Origin: Mytilus trossulus
Taxonomy: Eukaryota
Direction: 5' to 3'
DNA: 64,000 bases
Assembly: GCF_036588685.1 (NCBI RefSeq)
Contig: NC_086381.1
Span: 34,534,001 to 34,598,000, forward strand
The notes under the pieces were generated by a model. That model saw only the letters and a program-made list of their open reading frames with translations. It searched no databases and was not told the origin of the DNA. This document shows, one piece after another, positions 53,985 to 64,000 of the stretch. Each line of letters opens with the position of its first letter. Positions within the stretch are counted from its first letter, which is position 1. Both the position numbers and the translations under genes were made by a program.

Positions 53985-54780
53985 TTACTCCAGCGTTGGT
54001 TGGAAATGCTGCCGTATAGTGGCATAAACTGGGTCGTTTTCGTAATCTAGAGTATCTTTTACGTGCGAGAGATATTTAGCTCTCTCAACACGGACCAACC
54101 ATTTATCGCCCCCTTCCGACGGACTAGTATCGTTTCTCAAGACCATTTTGCAAATGAAGGATCTCATTCGAATCATAGACACAATTGTGGTTTGATTGCT
54201 GGTTATGATACTCGGAAGATGTCAAATGATTCTTCTCTTTGATATCTCTTGTATTCCAAAGTTTATTCACTGTTGATTTATAGACCAAATAGACCAAATG
54301 TTCCTACTTCATCTGGTACAGTTGACGACAAATGAATTTCACTATATTGTAGGTCCCCTTTGAATATGTTGAACATATAGCTTTGCAGGCGTTTATGATG
54401 AAGTTGTTTTGATAATACCCTTTCACTAAATTTCAATCTTATTTATGGTAAGGTCTTTTGCCAATATATAAACAGTTTTATGTAGTTTTATTTCCTTTCC
54501 AATGGCAATGATGGTGCATGCCTTTTTTTAGATGATAAGCGCTTCATTGTCTCTTGGAATTTTCTTACGTTTGTATGTAAAATATAATTATCATTAATAA
54601 TGGGATACTTGAAAATCTGTTTATTTGTTATTCTTTACAGTGAAGACGTTTTTTATGAACTGTTGTTTGTTTCCTGTATGTTTTCTGTTGACCAAGTATT
54701 TTATATTTTCGACTGAGTTCTAAGTACTTAATAAGGTGAACCAATATCAGGTATGCTCTTTGTAGAGCGTTTAACATAAT
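53985..54780 (-). mobile_element. Decayed non-LTR retroelement 3' end with a Deu/Nin-SINE-like conserved core
   Basis: The minus strand at ~54050-54130 reads ACTAGTCCGTCGGAAGGGGGCGATAAATGG...GCACGTAAAAGA. Upstream fragments IKYLVN and NYILHTNVRKF resemble RTEX/CR1-group ORF2 C-termini. Confidence 0.4.
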
Positions 54781-56781
54781 TACAAAAGTTCAAGTGAATG
54801 ATAATTTAATTTTTTTACGCTGTAAAAACCGATTGATTTTACGCTGAAAACTATTAAGGTTTATTGACGTCAATTAATAAACTTCATGATTGTTTTCTTG
54901 CAATAAGAGAATTGTCATCAGACAATAATTTAAACTGGAAAGACATTATGGTTAGCAATGCATGAATTAAGCAATGTTATGAACATGAAATATTATAAAC
55001 CTGTTACTGGGTACTTCATTTCACTTTCTACATACTATTTTCGGAGCAATTGTTTTTATTTTTTTAAATTTTATTTAAAACATAGGCATATTTACGAAAA
55101 CTTATATGATATGAGTTATGCTTTCCAACTTAGGCATCTTTCGGATCACATCCAACGAATATATAAAAAAAATAATTGTATATAAATAAAATATATTGTT
55201 TAGCTGCCATGGACAGCGAGACTTCGAAGGCTGTTGTCATAATGTTACGTCCATCGTCTGTCTGTTTGTCGTCTGTCCATTTGTCGTTAGTCGATACACA
55301 TTTATACAATATCAAATTGTATAACATATGCCATTAGATACAACCTTTGATTATGAAATGCTATTTAAAGATTCTCGTAAAATTTAAAACAATATGAATG
55401 ACATGAAAATGTACAAAGGACTTTCGTTTAATGTATTTCTTTTGTCAACCATGGTAGCATTGGTTGTTGATAGTTCCCAGAAAAAAAAACTTATTACATT
55501 TGCACCTTTGTTCTTTAAGAACTTGATATTTATATGAATTGTAGGCACATTTAATAGAAAAATATATATTCAATATAAAGTTACACTACCGGATTAAAAT
55601 CATTGACAGTGATTGACCATGTTTGTTATTCAGAACCTAAGTCATGAGATAAGGGAGCATCGCAAAAATAGAAGGTACTTTGTCTTGTTGAAATTAACAA
55701 CACTGATTAGATTATAAGTCAACGTAATACCTTGTTACCAATGCAATAACTCTGAACACATTAGTTATACAGATGTATATATATGCATCTTAAAAATGTA
55801 TGGTTGCAAAGTATTTGTGATTGCACTTTTTCGTCTGATTAACAAGACTTTATAAGCAACTTACATTATTTGGTTGTTTTGACTGTCTGTCTGTCTTTTC
55901 TTGTTATTGTGCCTTCAGATCATGATTATAAAATTATATATAAAAGGATTACACTTAAAACTGAAATGAGAATTTAATTGGTAGTGTCATCGTATCGTGA
56001 AACACGGAAGTTCAAAGTGTAAAACCATGCACACTTTCTAAAAATGCGAGTAACCAACTGCTTGTGTGTTTTATAACATATAAAAAGAAGATGTGGTATG
56101 ATTGCCAATGAGACAACTATCCACAAAAGACCAAAATGACACAGACATTAACAACTATAGGTCACCGTACGGCCTTCAACAATGAGAAAAGCCCATACCG
56201 CATAGTCAGCTATAAAAGGCCCCGATAAGACAATGTCAAACAATTCAAACGAGAAAACTAACGGCCTTATTTATGTAAAAAAAATTGAACGAAAAACAAA
56301 TATGTAACACATAAACAAACGACAACCACTGAATTTACAGGCTCCTGACATGTTCAGTTTCACGTAAAATAATGAACCAAAAGACAAAATCCAAACTTTT
56401 TAAATAAGGATAAAGATGAAAGTGTGTTAAGACACCTAATTAGTGTCCTAAAGTGAGGACAAAAAAAGCGATATATCCGAAAAATCTTCGTGAAAACCGC
56501 TCTATACAAAACCTTGTCCTAAAATGGTCTTAGGACACGACCTCATCCTAAGATAGCTTCAGGAATACCAGTAGGATATATATCATGTTCTATAATAAAA
56601 AAAAAAGTAATAAGCAAAGTGGGATTAGAAAAATCCTAACATTTTTAAAGGGGCTTTAGCTGTCATATTCATATTCTCTGATTTGACTCAAATTCTCATA
56701 TTTGATATAAATCATACTAATACGTATTTCCAAAATACAAAAAGTCTGAAATAACCAAAACCCGATGCATGGACTCGTTAA

Positions 56782-58928
56782 GGTGTAATACCACCAAATC
56801 ATGATACGCCACATCCGGTTGCATGTATGTTGGGTGTCTGAAAGCATCATTCTTTTTTTATTTGATGGTCTTATAAAATATTTTGGAAAGTTAAGGTTAC
56901 ATAGTTGCCAAAGCAGGTAACCAGTAAATAACCTGGTAAAAAATGTGATTGTTTACTTCCGGTGCAGGTTACTTTCTTATATGCAATGAAATGTAGTGTG
57001 AAATTTTCACTGTAGCACTGGAAAGGATTAAACTTTATTCATGCAAAGTATTTCTTTGGTTGAAATAAAGGTAAATTCTGTACAAATTTTTTAAAAGTAC
57101 CAATTTAACAAAGACTAATAGGGAAAAATCAATGGTGGTATTACACCTATTTAGGGAAACTACATGTGCACTCGTGACCTTATTGTACTTTCATTTTTAA
57201 AAGTTATTAATAAACCAGTTCATACATTGTAAACATGGACTATTCGGAATGGATTGAGACACAGAAAGCACGTTTGAGGTAAAATTGCCTTGAAATGGGG
57301 GTTTACGGGTGTTTTCTAAGTCAAATGGGTGGACAGACAAAGCTGTATTTAGTTTACTGTGTTAAATTTTAAATAATACCCTAACAGTTTTGTTTATACA
57401 ACATGTGAATTTTTTATTTCAGTGTTCACATGTTCTGAAGAGCATTCTGTTGAAAAATCTTATATGTGAATTGGTCTGCAGATGACACTTCAGCATTAAA
57501 GTAAGTATCAACTATCATCATGTTTTTTGTGTTTTTTTTGGCCGCAAAAGTTTACAATTTGCCATTGTGCCATCTACATTTTGCACAGACAATAAATCAT
57601 CTAAACACTTATTTGCCCTAGATTTATACACATCAGAATCCAGTCTCACATACTTAAACTTTATAATTCTTACCAATTTTTTTTGTACCAGCATTCCAAG
57701 GGACATAACCCTTTTTAAAAACATTTTGAGGTATTTTTTATTACTCTTTCTCCCCATTTTCTAATGTAAAATACAAGAAAGTGGACACTTTGTGTAAATC
57801 TATTAGAAATATACTGTTATGAGTAAATAAAAAGACTTTGATACCAGTAACAATAAATGGTTGACTGTAAGGGAACCGTTATTTGTCACACTAGGCGAAC
57901 AGACTAAAAACTCGAGTTACACATAAGGGCTTCTAGAAACTTCCGTGTAGACTGTTAACATTTATAGAGACAGTTCTTTCAGCTAAAACACTTTAATTAT
58001 TGATTTAACATTACATTTATATCATTTTTGTGGGGAAATAATCACATTTGTTTTATTTTTTAGACAAAAGATATCAAGTTTTGATGAAAAAGGAAGGAAG
58101 GAGGAAAAATGGACCAAAACAGACCAAAACAGACCTTCAAATGAACTCTAAAAGGTGCAATAAAATTGTTTATCATCTAAAAGTTGTCTTTTGTATTCTA
58201 TTTAATTGTTTGAATGCATAGATCATGAGTTTTTGATCAGATATTAGTCAACACTGCATTTTATAATGATACACTGAAATTTGGATTTGTCGAAGAAATT
58301 AGACTGAAATTGCCGTAGGATATGGCCTAACATTGCAGTGATTTTCTCTGAAACTATAGATCTGACTGAGACAAAACTTGGCAGTTATATAATTATGCTT
58401 GAAATAACTTGCAATTGGAGGGAAAAAAATAACATTAAGTTTATTTGACATTTAGGTGTTCTTTAGGTGTAATACCACCAAATCATGATACGCCACATCC
58501 GGTTGCATACGAAAGTAGGTCAAAAAAAATATTCCCTTGAATTTGACAGTTGTAGAAAATTAACCCTGCATTTCAATGCATTTAATTTTTTCTGAGTCAT
58601 AAACATGTATGTTGGGTGTCTGAAAGCATCATTCTTTTTTTATTTGATGGTCTTATAAAATATTTTGGAAAGTTAAGGTTACATAGTTGCCAAAGCAGGT
58701 AACCAGTAAATAACCTGGTAAAAATGTGATTGTTTACTTCCGGTGCAGGTTACTTTCTTATATGCAATGAAATGTAGTGTGAAATTTTCACTGTAGCACT
58801 GGAAAGGATTAAACTTTATTCATGCAAAGTATTTCTTTGGTTGAAATAAAGGTAAATTCTGTACAAATTTTTTAAAAGTACCAATTTAACAAAGACTAAT
58901 AGGGAAAAATCAATGGTGGTATTACACC
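56782..58928 (-). mobile_element. KolobokP-like composite DNA transposon, internally deleted
   Basis: TTAA lies at 56778-56781 and 58929-58932. Long direct repeats span 56782-57147 and 58466-58928, each bounded by perfect 15-bp TIRs GGTGTAATACCACCA/TGGTGGTATTACACC. The 1318-bp interior has an ORF remnant on the minus strand. It is nested in the older Kolobok-type MITE at 56649-59347. Confidence 0.9.
57400..57757 (-). pseudogene. Frameshifted N-terminus of the composite element's protein (putative transposase)
   Basis: Mosaic frames read MGRKSNKK / FKKGYVPWNAG / YVRLDSDVYKSR...CKLLRPKK / TYKIFQQNALQNM. No catalytic domain remains. Confidence 0.55.
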
Positions 58929-61900
58929 TTAATAGCATTAGTATTTCAAGTTTTTTTAGTCTAGACGCCATCTTATTAACCATTGAGATGATCTACGACG
59001 ACTGTTGACGGTCATATTACCCGATATTTTACATAAACAATGATATAAATAGAGCACGAATTCGTCGAAATGATTTTTCTAAGTCTGTTTGATTTCATAA
59101 AATAGGTTAAAAGAAATATGGTAATACACGTTTTTATCTGCATAAGAATGATTTTTTGTTTAACTTCTATTCTTTACTTTTCGAAAGCTGAACACGCCTA
59201 GTTGATGCGTAACTCATCTCTAACTGAAGGGTTCAATAGAAGTTCACATGAATACGGATTCAATGAGGTTAGTATAATTATTATATCACTATTTCACTGA
59301 TTGAACCAAAACAAATCATATTTCTGTTTTTTATCTCATATGTCCCTTTAATTGCAGTAATAAAAGATAATTATTGTTATTTCCCTTGCAAATAAGTATG
59401 AGGCACATATTATACAGCCAGTTGAATTAGTACCCATGTTAAAGAAAAACGATTTTCAATTACCGAATCTAATATATTCAAAAGAAGAATGTGCGATTTC
59501 AGAGATTTTTCGTTTTATAGAAAGCTTTAAATACAAGGTAAGAATTCTTTTGAAAGTGAAATTCGTGACATGAGATAAATTTCTTAGACGTATTACTCAA
59601 TTTATTTCACTTGACTGGGCGCAGCTTAACCGGTTCGCTCATAATAAACCTGTCCATTTATACATAGGTGTTTTAAAATAAATTCATCAATAAAGTGTCC
59701 AGTCATTCATTTGTAAATTCATTTGGTGACACTGATATGTGATTAGAAATCAGTTATAATTATAACGGCAATCATCCTTATCACACACATCTTCAAATAG
59801 ACTGTTCTTATGCAAATTAAAACGTAAGCGCCGCCTGATCAGTTGAAATAACATTGGTAAAATGATCGACGTATTAATAAATGCCAGTTTCTGAATAAAT
59901 TTACTCGTGTAACATGTAGTAACCATCAGAAACAAAATAATGCAACGATAAACAGATTTGATAAGTTTGTATATGCAAATTGATAAATACTTCAAAGGCG
60001 CGGATTGGTGTTCTGTCTTAAATATTATTTGAAAAGATGATCAGAATATGAAGTTGTAACAATGTGGAAATATATATGTCTTTTCCTCTCGAATATCATA
60101 CCTAAATATAAGAAATTGGATTCAACATACCAGGCTTAAGAACATTTTTTTTTTCATAAATTATTCATAGAGTAACAGTAGTGTTACAGCATGCATACCA
60201 TGTGATATTTTTGCACACTCTGCACTGTTCGAACCATTTGATATATGGATATGTCACATTTGAGATAGTAAAGAAAAAAATCTCCATGCTTTTTAAATTT
60301 TTGTAGCATATTTAGGAACAAAGTCCAAATAAAGATGGGTCTTTTTGTAGTTGTATATATTATAAAAAATATTTGTAATTTATGTAATAAATCTATGAAT
60401 AATACAACAATATATATAGGAAACTTTATATGCAAAATTAAGAAAAAAGAAGATTTTTTTTTGTACAAGTGAGTTTAATTCATGTTGTCACTGTATAGGT
60501 TATAAAAAAGGTTTAAGTATTCAATCATGCATTTTTGAAATAATGCATTAAATATGCATGACGAATCACAATAATCCATCAACTTATAAATATTTGGGTT
60601 TAAGTATGAAAAGGAGAATAAATAATTAATAAGATAATTTGTATAATTTATACATTTTTTTTAGTGTAATTGATATAAATAATCTTATGACTATCATAAG
60701 ACAATCCTAAGACACCTCTCGTGTAGTCTTAACTTTATGACAAACTTAAAGAGATTTTCTAAACTAAGACCACTTTGTTAAATCCACTTAAGATATGTCG
60801 AAATACCATCCGAAGACAGCTTCGTGAAACTGGCCCAAGAACTATGTATGTTGATGTTGAGACGATGAACAAGCATATGTAGATGGTTTAGTTAAAAAAA
60901 AATATTCTGAGAATAGGTACAGTATGTGGCAGTGATAAATGTGTCCTTCATGAGCGGGGTCATTTTCAACTTGATATATTTTTGATGATACTGATAGTAT
61001 GTAGTAATATAGCTGTTTTTTTGGTAGCACAGTTAACCTAGGAAAAAAAAACAACATACACTTTAGTAATTGCACCTGCATTGCTTTAATCATAAGTACT
61101 ATTTAGTACTACGTTCAACCAGCTAAACCAATACCCACTTTAAGGAAATACATATTGTGTTTGAATTTACAGCAGAGGCTTTATTTCGTTTTATGGAAAG
61201 CTTCAATTAAAGAATTAAAATTTGTGTCAAGGCTCCGATTCGTGATGTGAGGTAATTTTACTTGCCTTATGATCAACGTATTAACAAAACTACTTAAAAA
61301 ATCAAAGAAAAACTCGTTGCAAAGCCATGTTATAAACTAACATATCTACCATGTAGTCACGAGCAGATACAAACTAATGTCACTATGTGTTTTGTTCGTT
61401 ATGTTTGGACGACAGAGAAAAAACCGCTGTAAAAAAATGTGCCTTAGAAGTTTGAAATAGTGGTGTTAGTTAAAAAGAATGATTGCAACGGTGAGGGACC
61501 TGCAATATTGATTTTTGAATAAGATTTATTTTTTATGAAAAACAAGAATTGCAAACAAAGTTATGTTATGAGTTACCATACTTTTGAGGGTGAACAATTC
61601 TTACCAAGTCACCTTTGAATTTAGTCGAAGGTCCGAAGCCAAAATGTAAATCTAAAACATAGTCCACATTTGCTTAAGATAATTTTGCCTGCTGGAGTTG
61701 ACATATTACATTTATTACAATTTTATTTATTTTGAAACATTTAGAACATAAAAGCAGAAGATATCAAAGGAATAGTCAATCTCTTTATTTCGAGTGGTAT
61801 CTTCCAAAAAACGCCTTCACCCTCATCATTGTGGTTCGTAAACTGATGTTTGTCTTTTGATTTTTTGTATGTTGGTCATGACCGTGAAGAACGTCACATG

Positions 61901-62467
61901 AAGGGTGTTGGCTATGTTTGAAAAGGAATGGCGAATTTCAAACGGAGAAAAAGAGATAAATGTAAACAAAAGTATCAAAATGTCTTTTTGAAAGCATCAT
62001 ACAATATATTGCACGGAGGGAACCAAACCAGAATCTATTTCAAGCAATCAGTAAAAAAAACGTTTTAGTGCTACATTTTCTAAAGCACCTCTCGCAAGTT
62101 TGCCGAGTTGCAGATTTTGAGACTGCATATAATGAAAATAATAATAATTTCTTTGTGTTTTTTCCCCAATCCGATTTATGAAGAAATAAATTCCTATCAT
62201 AGGAATTAGCCATTTGCAAGTTTCTTATTCTAACTTCATGGGTTTTAAAGTTGATTTGCAATCTAAATGATATGTGTCGATCGGGCTGTCGGAATGTAAG
62301 TCTCAAAGTGGTGAGGCATTTATTAAAACAACTATGTATTTGCCTTAAATTCGGCCTTCATCTGAGAGTTTATAATTCTTGCACACCTATTATTTTGTTA
62401 TGACTTTTTATTTGTCATAAGTTGATATTCAGAATGGAATGGCAAGCGTTTCAAATATACTTTTATA

Positions 62468-62787
62468 GGTCGATGCCACTGCTGGTGGACGTTTCGTCCC
62501 CGAAGGTATCAGCAGCCCAGTAGTCAACATTTCGGTGTTGACATGAATTTCAATAATGTGTTCAATTTTATAAATTTTCGAAAAACTAAGGATTTTCTTA
62601 TCCCAGTCTAAGATTACCGTAGCCGTATTTTTCAAAACCTTTTGGAATTTCTGGAGCCTCAATGCTCTTCGGCGATTTAATTGTTCGGCTTTATAAAGAT
62701 ATTTTGATATAAGCGTTACTGTTGAGTCTTATGTAGACGAAACGCGCGTCATGCGTACTAAGTATCATAATCCTGGTACTTTTGATA
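62468..62787 (+). mobile_element. Hammerhead-containing short retroelement, copy 2, inserted in TLR-like copy 3
   Basis: Flanked by ACTTTTATA (62459-62467 and 62788-62796). It is absent at the paralogous site near 25135. Confidence 0.85.
62714..62755 (+). ncRNA. Type I hammerhead ribozyme with mutated core, probably inactive
   Basis: CGUUA-CUGUUGA-GUCU(uaugu)AGAC-GAAAC(gcgc)GUC-AUGCG: an A-to-U change in CUGAUGA and a mismatched stem I. Confidence 0.7.
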
Positions 62788-64000
62788 ACTTTTATAAGAA
62801 TTGTATGTTTAGACTTATACATAATTATATTTAGTAACGTTTTTGATTTTTTTGATAATTTTTTTTTATAATTTGCGGCAAGATGTTATAAGAACCACTC
62901 ATGATCATTATTGTGATATAAAACAGTGATTTTATCACGTTTTATGAAAAATTGTGTTGCCGTATTTCCCTAGTGTCTTGTATTGAAAATTGGTCCAAGA
63001 GAAAACTTACGCTATTGACTTGTAAATACTGAAATACTGTAAACGAATAATCTTTTGTAGGTTTTTAAGAATATATATAAATTCGAATGGTAAACTCGTT
63101 TGCGTTACAGATATTACAAAATAAAATTTTGAATGTAATATCCCTTTTTATGGAATTCACGCTAACCGGAATCTTACATTCGTTCGACGTGTTAATACTT
63201 GCTATACAATTAAATATGACCACTTTTGTGATATAATCGCGACATGTATATATTAGGTCAGATTTATTTCAAAAGGACTGCCATTTTATATTTGCTTCGA
63301 TTTTTTTGGTAAAAGAAATTTTATTTTTTGCACATTATTATTTTGAACATTGTGTTTTTCAGAAATTTACTCGGAAAAACATGGTCGATTCAAGAATGAA
63401 AGAAGACATAATTCTGTATCTCGGTAGATAAAAACGAATTTATGACACGTCACCTAGGCTGTACTCCAGCATAACATAGCACTTTAAACATCTTAATGTC
63501 AGCATAGATACGGTCTTCATACACAAATACGTTTCCATGAATTATGTCAATATGTCAATCAACTCTAGCAAAGGTGTGAAGAAAATTTAACAAGCACGTT
63601 AAAATACTTCCGTCAACGTCAAATTCCCGAAAGATGATAAAAAAGTGTTGTTACCCATTATAAATTGAGCAATTAACAACGGAAACATAATAACAAAACT
63701 GACATTGGAAATACCATATACACATGGAACATTCAATTGTGTTTTCGTCATTTTAAAATGTTCTATTTGATCAATATAACAATTACTTTTCTGCATGTTC
63801 ATTAGTACAAGTTAATAGAAATATGTTTGGTGGCTCAGCATTTTTATTAATAAAAGATTAAAATTACGATACATTGTTACATTGTTATTCATATATAGCC
63901 ATGTTCTCTCTAGATAGCTGTTCCAATTACTCATGAGTGAGGATTACTTGATCTCTGGGGGAAATAACTGACCTAATATAATTGGCATGCCCCAGACGAA

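Larger units (their letters stand above)
62000..64000 (-). pseudogene. Degraded TLR-like gene, copy 3 (continues beyond the window)
   Basis: Close paralog of 24800-26340. The TIR box-1-like stretch VLYHNNDHEWFL / NILPQI lies at ~62870-62925. Confidence 0.55.

Overview
AT-rich eukaryotic genomic DNA, most likely a bivalve mollusc (Mytilus-like, inferred from the repeat families and gene types). No intact host gene is visible. The window is a decaying, segmentally duplicated immune-gene cluster heavily colonised by transposons. Host remnants: a C1q-domain gene with a premature stop (8822-9216), and three larger plus one partial copy of a heavily degraded, apparently intronless LRR-TM-TIR (Toll-like receptor-like) gene on the minus strand. 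Best-supported mobile elements: (i) a young 5'-truncated L1/Tx1-clade LINE (27480-33385) with poly(A), a 13-bp TSD, an ORF2 broken by one frameshift, and an ORF1 combining three CCHC knuckles with an SGNH/GDSL-esterase-like domain; (ii) a composite DNA transposon (56782-58928) with TTAA TSD and two long direct repeats, each bounded by its own 15-bp TIRs (KolobokP-like), plus a candidate solo unit at 41058-41676; (iii) ~320-bp hammerhead-ribozyme repeats, one with an intact type I core (2119-2160, minus), one also carrying a hammerhead-like fold on the opposite strand; (iv) a Penelope-like RT 3' fragment, a TIR element carrying a decayed beta-propeller-like frame, a hAT relic and many MITEs. 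All calls come from manual reading and translation; coordinates of degraded features are approximate.
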